A stretch of 64,000 nt of DNA from Candidatus Saccharimonadota bacterium (GTDB taxonomy: Bacteria; Patescibacteriota; Saccharimonadia; Saccharimonadales; OFTM59). Positions 34,205 through 43,610 of this stretch are shown piece after piece (the first letter of the stretch is position 1; each line of letters opens with the position of its first letter). The notes under the pieces were generated by a model. That model was not told where the DNA came from. It saw only the letters and a program-made list of their open reading frames with translations, and made no database searches. Location of the stretch: positions 1,233 to 65,232 of the forward strand of contig JAJDCK010000009.1 of NCBI GenBank assembly GCA_029260855.1, given 5' to 3'. Both the position numbers and the translations under genes were made by a program.

Positions 34205-35137
34205 CTAAAGAGCGCAGTCACTAACTTTATTGCCATTATGGAAGCTTAAATTTGTAATTAGCTGGCTAGAATTTCCCCCTATCCTCAATCTTGCATGCTG
34301 TTCAACCGATTTACTTAACAGACATATAGTAATACCGGACTCCTGTGCATCATTAACATATGTCCGATAGGCAGAATTTGACCATGCTGCTGACGTTCCA
34401 CTCAATTTTTCATTGACGCTAGTCACAAACTCATATGAAGGCTGATTTATGCGTGAGGGCTGGGCTGGAGTGGAAACAATTGGCACTAGCTGCGCAGTAG
34501 TAGTCCCAGACTGAAGCGAGTTGCCACTATATGTTCCAAAGGTAGAAAACACTCCAATTCCTCCTATTTCTTCCGCCGAGGAGCAGGTCTTGTAACAGAC
34601 CTTGCCTATAGTAATATCGTGGCTTCCGGTGATTGTTTCATACGCGTTAGGGGTTGTGTCAGCAGAGCTCTTCGCAGCGATAAGTATTGCTTTTGTCTCA
34701 CTGAGCGTCTTGGACTCACGCCGTAGCGAGCCCTCCATAACTTGTCTTTGGCCCGCTACAGTATGTATATGCATGGCTCCCTGACCTTCCCCTTGAGGAG
34801 AAAACTGAATAACCCTTCCGACAAATATACAGTCTGAGTTAGTCCCTTGTGTTGTGCCGCTTCCGTTGGTCAGCTTGATGCCACTGCCGGGCAAGCCACC
34901 ACCTGCCGGATCATAGGCACATCGCACCGAACCGTTATTCGGATAAAACCCGGTTGATACATCGTTAATAATATCTTGTATTTGGGAGTCGAGCTCCCGG
35001 ACAGCTTGAGTAAACTGAGTTCTTCGCTGCTGCCCGCCGAATAACGACAGAGCGCTCGCCAACAGAGCGCCAGATACTGCCAAGAAAATCAAAACCTCTA
35101 CAATCGTATAGCCGCGTGAGTAAGCACCACTTATCAT
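34205..35137 (-). CDS. type IV pseudopilin (FimT/FimU/GspH-like)
   Basis: 310-aa ORF with signal SRG|YTIVEVLIFLAVSGALLASAL (Glu+5). Confidence 0.72.
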   Translation of the reverse strand: MISGAYSRGYTIVEVLIFLAVSGALLASALSLFGGQQRRTQFTQAVRELDSQIQDIINDVSTGFYPNNGSVRCAYDPAGGGLPGSGIKLTNGSGTTQGTNSDCIFVGRVIQFSPQGEGQGAMHIHTVAGQRQVMEGSLRRESKTLSETKAILIAAKSSADTTPNAYETITGSHDITIGKVCYKTCSSAEEIGGIGVFSTFGTYSGNSLQSGTTTAQLVPIVSTPAQPSRINQPSYEFVTSVNEKLSGTSAAWSNSAYRTYVNDAQESGITICLLSKSVEQHARLRIGGNSSQLITNLSFHNGNKVSDCAL

Positions 35138-35214
35138 AGCGCTCAGTATAGCATAAGGAGTATGCGCTTACTTCGGTCCAGGCCCCATAATAGCCATTAT
35201 GCTTCAGGGGCAAT

Positions 35215-36039
35215 TTATATTAATAAGAATTGATTTTGGTACCAAGCGACGATTACAGGCCCGAAAAGCTGGACCACTATAGTTGCTGTGACTAAAAAGG
35301 GACCGAAAGGCACCTGGGTCTTCTTAGATGCTTTATTGGCTAACAGCAGGACTGCTGAAACCACCGTACCGATAGCCGATGCTAAGAAAAGAAGTAATAA
35401 TGCCCCTGATAAATTACCGGCTATAATACCCAGCCCTAAACCAAGCTTTACGTCCCCTCCGCCAATCCAGCGACCACCCGAGACCTGAAACAAAGCATAG
35501 AAAAAGCCACCCAGTGCCATGACTCCAAGCAGTGCGCTCCATAATAGACTAGCTTCTCCCTCAGAAAATATTAACAGTCCAGCAAGCTGCACAAACGCCA
35601 GGCCCAGCAGGATGAATGTTAGCTTGTCGGGCAACACCATATGTCGTAAATCATATATAAACAATGCTATCAACAGCACTAGTACGGGCAGCCAAACCAT
35701 AAACAGAAACAGCCCCTCCTCATCAAAACCATACGGCCAGACCAAGTATGACAAGACAAAGAGTAGCGCTGTTGTAAGTTCTATGGCCGGGCTGTCCTGA
35801 ATTTTTTCGTGGCAGTAACGGCACTTACCACCGAGTGATAACCAGCTTATAACTGGAATAAGATCGCGTACACCCAACCGGTGGCCGCAGTGCGAGCACA
35901 TGGAGCGGCCTTTTAATATTGAATAGTTTTTTAGCAGCTTTTTGTCTTCTGTAGCAAATTGTTTTTGTATACGCCAGATCAGTGCGCTAATGAAGCTGCC
36001 AAAACAAAGCCCGAGTAGTACAAGTACCGCTATAATCAT
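35215..36039 (-). CDS. pilD: prepilin peptidase / N-methyltransferase (peptidase A24)
   Basis: 274-aa polytopic ORF with an N-terminal Cys-x2-Cys...Cys-x2-Cys motif (CSHCGHRL...CRYCHEKI), the conserved Asp in GGGDVKL, and a second acidic site upstream. Confidence 0.88.
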   Translation of the reverse strand: MIIAVLVLLGLCFGSFISALIWRIQKQFATEDKKLLKNYSILKGRSMCSHCGHRLGVRDLIPVISWLSLGGKCRYCHEKIQDSPAIELTTALLFVLSYLVWPYGFDEEGLFLFMVWLPVLVLLIALFIYDLRHMVLPDKLTFILLGLAFVQLAGLLIFSEGEASLLWSALLGVMALGGFFYALFQVSGGRWIGGGDVKLGLGLGIIAGNLSGALLLLFLASAIGTVVSAVLLLANKASKKTQVPFGPFLVTATIVVQLFGPVIVAWYQNQFLLI

Positions 36040-36056
36040 TTACGTTTATGCTAACA

Positions 36057-36088
36057 CAAAAATGGGCTCTCAGTGGAACCCATTTTAT
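36057..36088 (-). terminator. intrinsic terminator after the major pilin gene
   Basis: AUGGG(uu)C...G(ag)CCCAU hairpin flanked by A/T runs, with UUUUUG following in minus sense, 20 nt after the pilA stop. Confidence 0.5.
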
Positions 36089-36106
36089 TAAATTTACATT
36101 TATTAA

Positions 36107-36574
36107 TTATGATTCTTGACACTGGTGTATAGCGCTACCGTTCGAGCCCTCTACTGTATAGCGTATGGCGATTGCCCTGCCCGCAGCGACGACAGTGTTG
36201 CCGATTGTCCCAGTATCACAACGAGCCCCAGTTACAAGCTCCATGCGCTGGAGCACTAGTGCATGCGCTGTATTGTTTCTAGAACCTGTTACTACACTAG
36301 TTGGCTCTTCCATAAATGTACTGTTTGCAAGATCGTTTACGCCACTTATATCAGCAGGAGAAGCAGGTACTTTGCCGTTGTTGTTGTTTGACCACTCCTG
36401 GACGGCGCCCAAGTAGTTCGATACCTCACTACGTGCTTGGGTATTACGCTTGTTACGGTTTAGGGCCGGTACAGCCATGAAAACAATCAGCATAATCAGA
36501 CCGGCAATGGCCAAGACGATCAAGACTTCAATAATTGTGAAGCCCTTATTCTGCTCTTTAAATTTCTTTAACAT
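36107..36574 (-). CDS. pilA: major type IV pilin
   Basis: 155-aa ORF with signal NKG|FTIIEVLIVLAIAGLIMLIVFMAV (Gly-1, Phe+1, Glu+5). It has its own promoter and terminator and a C-terminal Cys pair (ARC...HQC). Confidence 0.85.
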   Translation of the reverse strand: MLKKFKEQNKGFTIIEVLIVLAIAGLIMLIVFMAVPALNRNKRNTQARSEVSNYLGAVQEWSNNNNGKVPASPADISGVNDLANSTFMEEPTSVVTGSRNNTAHALVLQRMELVTGARCDTGTIGNTVVAAGRAIAIRYTVEGSNGSAIHQCQES

Positions 36575-36627
36575 ATAACAATGCCCCCTTGTGATAGTTT
36601 TGTTTATTACTTTACGCTTATGGTTAG

Positions 36628-36656
36628 ATAGTACTGAGCTTGATTATAAAAAGCAA
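36628..36656 (-). promoter_or_regulatory. sigma-70-type promoter of pilA
   Basis: Minus-sense TTGCTT (36656-36651), 17-nt spacer, TACTAT (36633-36628). Confidence 0.5.
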
Positions 36657-36669
36657 GGATTTATGTTAA

Positions 36670-37887
36670 TTATCGGATTATGTTCTGTCCCGCAAGACTA
36701 TATATAGGCAGAAGCACTGCCGCCACGATAATAAACGCGAAGACACCAAGTATCACCATAAGCACCGGCTCAATCACAGTTGAGACGGTCTTGATCTGAT
36801 TGTCAACTTCCTTTTCATAGTAATCAGCAGTCTTAGCAAGCATCTGCTCTATAGAACCCGACTGCTCACCCACACGGAGCATATCTGGCACCAAGCTTAA
36901 AAAGTTCGGATCATGCTCAAGAGCTTCGGACAGGGACTTGCCCCCTTTTACCTTCTCGATAGCTGACCTAATAGACGCCTCGATCTGCATGTTGTCGATA
37001 GCTCTAGCGGTCACCTCTAGCATTTGTATAAGAGGCACGCCGGTAGAGACAAGCGTTGTGCCAGTCCGTGAGAACCGCGCCATGTAAAGCTTCATGAACA
37101 AAGGACCAATTGGCCATACCCGCATCTTAGCTTTGTCAACCACCCTCTTACCGCCTAGCGTCCTCGCCCAGCGCGTCATAAAGAATAAGCCAGCACCAAG
37201 GAATATCAATATGTATATCCAGTAATTGACTATGAATCTAGATATCGCCAACATAAAACTAGTCAGCGGCGGCAGGTTGGCCCCCGGTATGCCGTCGTAC
37301 AATACCTCAACCTGCGGTAGCACCTTGACGATCATAAATACAATTACCGCCAACATAACTAAAAGTACAATAAGCGGATAAATCATCGCCCCTTTTACCT
37401 TGCTCATAATCTCAGCGTCTTTTTCTTGTTGATCGGCAAGCCTCTCTAGCGCAGCATCTAACGTACCTGATGTTTCACCGGCTGCAACTAGACTTACAAA
37501 AACCTGGTTGAAGACGTCGGGGTGGCGTGATAGTGCAGTTGAGAAATTCTGCCCCGACTCCACGTCTTGTATGACCTGGCTGATGACAACTTTTAGCGGC
37601 TTAGAGGGGGTCTGATCCCCTACGCTGCGCAAGCTTTGTACAAGTGGCAGCCCTGCATTGATAAGTGTAGCTAGCTGCCGAGAAAAAAGCGTCTTGTCTT
37701 TTGTGCGTATGCGGTGAAAATACCTGGCTAGGCCCTTAGTAGTATCACCGCTAAGCTCAATAGTTAAAGGCGCAAAGCCTTGATCATGAATCAGCTTTGC
37801 TGCAGCTTGCTCGTTCTCGGCCTGCACCTCTGCTTTAATCTTTTGGCCTGTCGCCGGGTCCCTCGCAATATATTTATATGTCAGCAT
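36670..37887 (-). CDS. pilC: type IV pilus platform protein PilC (GspF family)
   Basis: 405-aa ORF with two T2SF repeats, each with a cytoplasmic helical domain plus TM helices (e.g. FSRQLATLINAGLPLVQSL and FSRTGTTLVSTGVPLIQML). Confidence 0.9.
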   Translation of the reverse strand: MLTYKYIARDPATGQKIKAEVQAENEQAAAKLIHDQGFAPLTIELSGDTTKGLARYFHRIRTKDKTLFSRQLATLINAGLPLVQSLRSVGDQTPSKPLKVVISQVIQDVESGQNFSTALSRHPDVFNQVFVSLVAAGETSGTLDAALERLADQQEKDAEIMSKVKGAMIYPLIVLLVMLAVIVFMIVKVLPQVEVLYDGIPGANLPPLTSFMLAISRFIVNYWIYILIFLGAGLFFMTRWARTLGGKRVVDKAKMRVWPIGPLFMKLYMARFSRTGTTLVSTGVPLIQMLEVTARAIDNMQIEASIRSAIEKVKGGKSLSEALEHDPNFLSLVPDMLRVGEQSGSIEQMLAKTADYYEKEVDNQIKTVSTVIEPVLMVILGVFAFIIVAAVLLPIYSLAGQNIIR

Positions 37888-37903
37888 ATCGATATTTTTC
37901 TAA

Positions 37904-38986
37904 TTAAGTCCTCATCAGACGGTCAAGCTCTTCTATGTCTACAGCAACGTTACGCGCCTCTTCATATGAGATTGTGCCACTATGGATCAGGCTGACTAGC
38001 GTCTTATCCATGGACTGCATACCAAATTCTGCTCCAGTTTGTATAACTGCTTCTAGCTGGTGTGTCTTACCTTCTCGTATGATGTTTCGTACGGCCGGTG
38101 TGGCAACTAGAATTTCGGCTGCCGCTATGCGCCCACCACCGATGGCTGGCACCAAGCGCTGCGAACAGATGGCCATCAGAATATTTGATAACTGAGTGCG
38201 AATTTGTGGCTGCTGATGTGGTGGAAAAACGTCAACCATACGGTCAATACTCTGCGAGGCAGAGTTGGTGTGTAATGTTGCTAATACCAGGTGGCCTGTC
38301 TCAGCAATCGTAATAGCAGCGGCAATAGTCTCAAGGTCACGCATCTCACCGATTAACACCACATCCGGGTCTTGACGCAAGCTTGAACGCAGCGCCGCTG
38401 AGAATGAATAAGTGTCGTAGTGAACCTCGCGCTGAACAATAACCGATTTCTTGGACTTGTGCGTGAACTCAATCGGATCCTCAATAGTAACAATATGTGC
38501 TGCCTGCTCATTATTGATCTTGTTTATAATACCGGCAAGTGTAGTTGACTTCCCTGAACCAGTCGGTCCGGTTACGAGTACTAAACCACGCGGATAATCT
38601 GCAAACTTATTAACAATCTGGGGTAATCCCAGCTGCTCAATACTCAGGAGCTCATTGGGTATCAGGCGCATGGCAGCAGCCAGATTACCCCTTTCATGAA
38701 AAGCATTCACCCTAAAACGACCAAGGTCACCAAAGGCGAAGCTAAAGTCAAATTCCTTATCCTTGAGCAAAATTTGCTTCTGGTCTTCGTCTAGAACAGC
38801 GAATATGAGCAACTCGACAGCTTCTTCTGTTAAGGCAGTAGCGCCACTGACAGCCACAAGAGCACCGTCGACTCTTAACATTGGCGGCAGGCCGACCTGA
38901 AGATGAAGGTCGGAACCTTTCTTTTTTATAACCTCTTCTAGAAGAATTTCGATCCGTGGTTGTCCTGCCATATGTTCCTTTGTCAT
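37904..38986 (-). CDS. pilT: type IV pilus retraction ATPase PilT
   Basis: 360-aa ORF with Walker A GPTGSGKST, an Asp box, Walker B and His box (LVLATLHTNSA), and the PilT-specific AIRNLIREGK-like motif (AVRNIIREGK). Confidence 0.9.
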   Translation of the reverse strand: MTKEHMAGQPRIEILLEEVIKKKGSDLHLQVGLPPMLRVDGALVAVSGATALTEEAVELLIFAVLDEDQKQILLKDKEFDFSFAFGDLGRFRVNAFHERGNLAAAMRLIPNELLSIEQLGLPQIVNKFADYPRGLVLVTGPTGSGKSTTLAGIINKINNEQAAHIVTIEDPIEFTHKSKKSVIVQREVHYDTYSFSAALRSSLRQDPDVVLIGEMRDLETIAAAITIAETGHLVLATLHTNSASQSIDRMVDVFPPHQQPQIRTQLSNILMAICSQRLVPAIGGGRIAAAEILVATPAVRNIIREGKTHQLEAVIQTGAEFGMQSMDKTLVSLIHSGTISYEEARNVAVDIEELDRLMRT

Positions 38987-38999
38987 TTATATGTACCCT

Positions 39000-40796
39000 T
39001 TAGGCGTTATCAACTGCCGCCACCCTATTTACTTCATCTATGGTCGTATCACCAGCCAGGGCTTTGAAATAGCCGTCCTCTCGCATTCTCACCATGCCTT
39101 CTTGAACAGCGATATCTTGGATCTCTGAGCTAGGGGCCCGTTTAAGAATTTTTTCTTGAATGGCTTCAGTAACTTCAAAAACCTCGTATAGACCCATCCG
39201 CCCCTTATAGCCAGCCGGGGTCTCAGGGCTATCCTTGCCCCTGAATAAAGTATAAGCGTTTTGGTCGGCTAGAGGCAAGCTTTCATAACCCAAATCATGC
39301 GCAACTCGTTTTACATCCGCTTCTTTGGTTGGCAACAATCTTCCAAGCGCTGCCTTGATGGCTTCGGTCTCTGAGGCGTCAGATTTATAGCTATCCTTGT
39401 GGTCAGGACTGATGCGCCTCACCAGGCGTTGACCAATGACTGTATGTACAGTGCTGGCTATCAGAAACGGCTCAATTCCCATATCAAGCAAACGGGGCAA
39501 AATACCTGCTGCGGAGTTTGTGTGAAGGGTAGAAAACACTAGGTGCCCAGTCAAAGCGGCCTGTACTGCCAGTTGGGCGGTTTCTTTATCTCTAATCTCC
39601 CCCACCATCACAACGTCAGGGTCCTGACGTAATATAGAGCGCAGCCCAGAAGCAAACGTAAGACCGACATCTGGATTTACCTGGATTTGGTTTACACCGT
39701 TTATTTTATATTCAACCGGATCCTCTAGAGTAACGATATTAATGGCATCGTTCTTAATTTCTTGAAGAAGCGCATACATAGATGTCGACTTGCCTGAGCC
39801 GGTGGGGCCAGAGGTCAAAATCATACCGTTTGGGCGCTTTAGGCCGTTGCGTATCATCGCCAGCGCTCGCCCTCTGTACCCCATATCTTCAAGCTTCAGA
39901 CTTGTGCCGGTTTTATCCAATAAACGAATAACTACCTGCTCCCCCCACACTACTGGTGATATAGCTATACGTAAGTCAATATCTTTTTGGGCGGCTATGA
40001 CTGTAAACTGACCGTCTTGCGGAATACGGTGCTCGTCTATCTTCAGATTCGCTAAAATTTTTACTCTTGAAACCAGTGGGGCCTCGGTATCTTTTGGCAA
40101 TTTCATGATTTCGCGTAGAACCCCATCAATCCGACAGCGAATCTTAAGCTCTTTCTCTAGGGGCTCAATGTGTATATCACTCGCTCGGTTCCTGGCAGCA
40201 TAATCAAGAATACTAGAAAGAGTTTTAGTAATCGGCGAATCTTGGACTATGGTTTTCATGCTTCTCTGAGCATCATCAACTGGCGCGGCCATGGCAGGCC
40301 CTTCGGCCTGTAGAGTTGATTCAGTAAACTTACCGCTGACTGTTCCGTCCAAACTATTGGCATACTGTTTTAGTACGCTTCTTACCCCTTCTTCGCTAGC
40401 AGCATAGACCTTGATTGGTCGCCCTACTTTGTTAGACAAGAAATCTACCGCCTGAATATTATCCGCGTCTAGCATAGCCACCACTAGACGATGGTGAATC
40501 TCACCAAGAGGTACAGCCATGTACCGTTCGGCAATGTCATAAGGCAGCAAAGCTAGTATCTCCGGGTTTATCTTGGCCTTGGTAAGATTGACATAAGGGA
40601 GCTTGTTGATGTGCGCGACTGTTTTTGTGAGATCTTCATTAGAAACATGGCCGTCATGAACTAGCAGGCTGAAAAAAGGGGTATCGCTTTTTATCGCCTT
40701 ATCTTTGAGCTCGCGAATCTTTTCTTCCGTAAGCAAGCCGGCGCCAACCAAGCTTTCTTCAACTTGCCTCTGTGTAGTAGATGATAAGACACTCAT
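39000..40796 (-). CDS. pilB: type IV pilus extension ATPase PilB (GspE family)
   Basis: 598-aa ORF with N-terminal GSPII_E_N-like domains, Walker A GPTGSGKSTS and His box LVFSTLHTNSA. Confidence 0.9.
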   Translation of the reverse strand: MSVLSSTTQRQVEESLVGAGLLTEEKIRELKDKAIKSDTPFFSLLVHDGHVSNEDLTKTVAHINKLPYVNLTKAKINPEILALLPYDIAERYMAVPLGEIHHRLVVAMLDADNIQAVDFLSNKVGRPIKVYAASEEGVRSVLKQYANSLDGTVSGKFTESTLQAEGPAMAAPVDDAQRSMKTIVQDSPITKTLSSILDYAARNRASDIHIEPLEKELKIRCRIDGVLREIMKLPKDTEAPLVSRVKILANLKIDEHRIPQDGQFTVIAAQKDIDLRIAISPVVWGEQVVIRLLDKTGTSLKLEDMGYRGRALAMIRNGLKRPNGMILTSGPTGSGKSTSMYALLQEIKNDAINIVTLEDPVEYKINGVNQIQVNPDVGLTFASGLRSILRQDPDVVMVGEIRDKETAQLAVQAALTGHLVFSTLHTNSAAGILPRLLDMGIEPFLIASTVHTVIGQRLVRRISPDHKDSYKSDASETEAIKAALGRLLPTKEADVKRVAHDLGYESLPLADQNAYTLFRGKDSPETPAGYKGRMGLYEVFEVTEAIQEKILKRAPSSEIQDIAVQEGMVRMREDGYFKALAGDTTIDEVNRVAAVDNA

Positions 40797-40805
40797 AATT
40801 GGTGC

Positions 40806-41057
40806 CTATTGTGTTGATTGCTGAAACGGACTCGGATTGTTGTTGGGGGTAATCTCAATCAGCAAGGTGGGGTTGAGGGACTTTTCGTTAAAGAATCTTT
40901 CATTGGGTGTTGGGAAATCAGTCGTGATCGGACCGACAACTTCCACCTGCGTCTTCCTATCCTTAGGAGAACTAATAAACGCGCGCGACACAAATAGAGA
41001 GAATAAAGCGCTAACTATTATAACGACGGCTAGCGTACTAAAGTCATTCTTTTTCAT
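40806..41057 (-). CDS. small single-pass membrane protein in the pilus operon
   Basis: 83-aa ORF with one N-terminal TM helix. It has a 4-nt overlap with the upstream pilO-like gene. Confidence 0.5.
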   Translation of the reverse strand: MKKNDFSTLAVVIIVSALFSLFVSRAFISSPKDRKTQVEVVGPITTDFPTPNERFFNEKSLNPTLLIEITPNNNPSPFQQSTQ

Positions 41058-41725
41058 TTTATTTCCTTTGTCGTGATATCTAGATTTTTAGCAGGCTGGT
41101 AGTACGTTTTGGCGCTAATTGAAAGCCGTGTCGCTTCGTTGTTGCCTGAAAGGGTCAGAGCAGTAATGTGCATCGGCCGGATTGAAAGCTCAAATACCTC
41201 AATTAGTGATTTGAGCGAATTGTAATTTGAGTTAACAGTTAGTTCAAATGGTATTTCTACGGCTAACGGGCTAGGACTTGTCTGCGAGGTCTGCGAGAGC
41301 TCATCGTCGGTACCGGCTATACTTTCTACACCAAAATTGCGTTCATCTAGTAGTTTTTCTAAGCTACTAGCCAGAGCCGGAAAATCGTATTTACTGGGCA
41401 ATGCGTCAAGTATAATCTTGGCATTATCGCCATTCCTGTCGCCGTTTAACTTTGGGTCACCACCAATTATATTCTGCACTGTCCCTACAAATACCAAATA
41501 TGAATCTCGGAGGTTTTTGATATTTTCGAGGTTGTCTTCAAGTTGCCTGGCAGCTTTTTCCTTTTCGCTAATAACACGCGCCTGGTAAGACCGCTGGCTC
41601 AGTAATGCATTACTGGCTACCAATGAGAAAGTCGTCAGGATGGCTGCAAGCGATATAGCAGCGACGGTACGAGTGTTTTCTTTATTAATCTGAAGCCTTT
41701 TGGCTGAAAATGTGATTTTTGGCAT
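41054..41725 (-). CDS. pilO: PilO-like pilus alignment protein
   Basis: 223-aa ORF with an N-terminal TM helix, a coiled coil (EKEKAARQLEDNLENIKNL) and a ferredoxin-like C-domain. Its position is after pilN. Confidence 0.6.
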   Translation of the reverse strand: MPKITFSAKRLQINKENTRTVAAISLAAILTTFSLVASNALLSQRSYQARVISEKEKAARQLEDNLENIKNLRDSYLVFVGTVQNIIGGDPKLNGDRNGDNAKIILDALPSKYDFPALASSLEKLLDERNFGVESIAGTDDELSQTSQTSPSPLAVEIPFELTVNSNYNSLKSLIEVFELSIRPMHITALTLSGNNEATRLSISAKTYYQPAKNLDITTKEIK

Positions 41726-41736
41726 AGTATTACCCC

Positions 41737-42429
41737 TTATTGAGGGAGCTCCCCTTCGGCTGTAGGTATGGTTAGCGGCTGGAAAAGCGCTTCTTCGGGT
41801 CTTTCGGTCTGCGACCTAGTAGTTATTATGTTAGGAACAACGAGCTCGACTGCACTGGCAGACTCAAATATTGTTGGCTTGAACTTTAGATTGATGGTGT
41901 AGCTCGCACCGCGCCCGTCTCTCCCAAAAGATGAAAGCACGACATCAAAAAAGGCTCGCTCCTGAACGTCGCCATTCTTGAACTCAGTAAATTTCAGCGT
42001 GTCTACGAATTTATTTATTGTGCCCAGGGTATCTGCTGCGCCAGTTATGGTGATCGTCTGGTCAGTAAAGCTGATATTCAAGCGGGCAATGCTTGTATTA
42101 ACAGGCGTTACTTGACTTGTGTATGCAAACAAGCGACTAGCTACCGGCTTCTGTTCATGCAGAGCCGGCAAACTAGTCAATTGGCTCTGTATTGTTAAGA
42201 TTTTGTCTAAATCCTCAGTATCCTTGATAGCTGTGCCGGTGCGTTCGATATCACTAGACAAATTATTGAGATGTGATTTCTGGAATCCGTTCACCACAGT
42301 GAAGAGCAAGACCATAACCGTCACCGATACTGCAGTAACGACTGAGGCAATCAGCATAATTAACCGTTTTGTACGGCGTGTTCTTATATACTCTAGCTTT
42401 ATATCGGGCAGCAGATTGAACTGAATCAT
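41737..42429 (-). CDS. pilN: PilN-like pilus alignment protein
   Basis: 230-aa ORF. The N-terminus MIQFNLLPD...RRTKR, followed by a TM helix, is the conserved PilM-binding INLLP motif. It overlaps pilM by 4 nt. Confidence 0.72.
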   Translation of the reverse strand: MIQFNLLPDIKLEYIRTRRTKRLIMLIASVVTAVSVTVMVLLFTVVNGFQKSHLNNLSSDIERTGTAIKDTEDLDKILTIQSQLTSLPALHEQKPVASRLFAYTSQVTPVNTSIARLNISFTDQTITITGAADTLGTINKFVDTLKFTEFKNGDVQERAFFDVVLSSFGRDGRGASYTINLKFKPTIFESASAVELVVPNIITTRSQTERPEEALFQPLTIPTAEGELPQ

Positions 42430-43466
42430 TCTGTCCTCTCCGCTAATCCGGCGGCCACACCAAAGTGGTTTGACAATGCCAGCAGCTCGTTTTGTCGTTC
42501 AGCTGGAAACGATATGTTGCGCCACGAGCTACCGATTTCAATATTAATCCCAAACTTGTTGGCCAGATAGACGGGAAATTCTGGGAGTGAAGAAGCCCCG
42601 CCCGTAACGATAATCCTGTCAAGCTTGGTGTCACCATACCGCGACTGAAAAAATTTAATAGACTTGTCAACTTCACTTACCAGTAGGTCAATCGTACCTA
42701 TTATCGCCTGGTAAATCTGTCCCTCTAACTTGTCTTTGGAAAGTCCAAACTTAAACACAAACTGCTCTGCCTGGCTTTCCTCGATGCTAAGATTTTGCAT
42801 GGCTGCGCGGACAATAGCGTCCGAGCCCGTAGGTATGGCCCTTGTTAATCTAGGGGCGCCATTCATAGCAATTACTAGATCGGTACTTTTACTGCCAATG
42901 TCTAGAACCATCTGCGGAATCGTTGCTTCCGTAGCGATTAATGCGCGCGCAATGGCAACGTTATCTGGCTCAAATGCGATTACATTTAGACCGATAGACT
43001 CGAGCATATCAAGTCGGCTTTCTATAAATTCATTCGTCACGCTGGATAAAAGAACCTCTACTTTGTTCTTGTCTTTTGGCGAATCACCCAGCAATGCCCA
43101 ATCCAATTTAGACTCAGATAAGGGGGTGGGGATTAGCGAATCCGCTTGATACTGGATAGTGCTAGCTAGCTCGTCCGGCTCCAGCCGATCAATATCCACA
43201 ACAGCAGTAAAAACTCGTGAGGACGGCAAGCCCACTGCGACATTATGTGTGGTTATACGTGCTTCGTTAATCATGTCTCGTATGACCAATGCGACCTTTT
43301 GCTGGTCAGCCCTGGAATCACTAACCCCCGTTTTTCCATCAAGGTTGACGTAGGCGTATTTAACAAGCGTTTTTAGTGGAGGGTTGCCCCTAAGTTGCAC
43401 GAGCCGAACAGCTGTCGTGCCAATATCTAGCCCAAAAAAATCACTGACGCCGCTGACAAGGCTCAT
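42426..43466 (-). CDS. pilM: type IV pilus assembly protein PilM (actin-like ATPase fold)
   Basis: 346-aa ORF with FFGLDIGTTAVRLVQL (phosphate-1), LDIGSKSTDLVI and IIVTGGASSLP motifs. Confidence 0.88.
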   Translation of the reverse strand: MSLVSGVSDFFGLDIGTTAVRLVQLRGNPPLKTLVKYAYVNLDGKTGVSDSRADQQKVALVIRDMINEARITTHNVAVGLPSSRVFTAVVDIDRLEPDELASTIQYQADSLIPTPLSESKLDWALLGDSPKDKNKVEVLLSSVTNEFIESRLDMLESIGLNVIAFEPDNVAIARALIATEATIPQMVLDIGSKSTDLVIAMNGAPRLTRAIPTGSDAIVRAAMQNLSIEESQAEQFVFKFGLSKDKLEGQIYQAIIGTIDLLVSEVDKSIKFFQSRYGDTKLDRIIVTGGASSLPEFPVYLANKFGINIEIGSSWRNISFPAERQNELLALSNHFGVAAGLAERTE

Positions 43467-43571
43467 ATATATATATTATGGGTGCGCTTTAATTGATATC
43501 TCAAATAGCGCTTACCCACCCCTAATTTCAAATATGTTTTTCTTATTATTACATCGTTCATGTTACAAGCG

Positions 43572-43601
43572 ATTATAGCATAAGCTTTTAGGCAGACTCA
43601 A
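43572..43601 (-). promoter_or_regulatory. sigma-70-type promoter of the pilM operon
   Basis: Minus-sense TTGAGT (43601-43596), 18-nt spacer, TATAAT (43577-43572). Confidence 0.5.
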
Positions 43602-43610
43602 TGTATGCGA

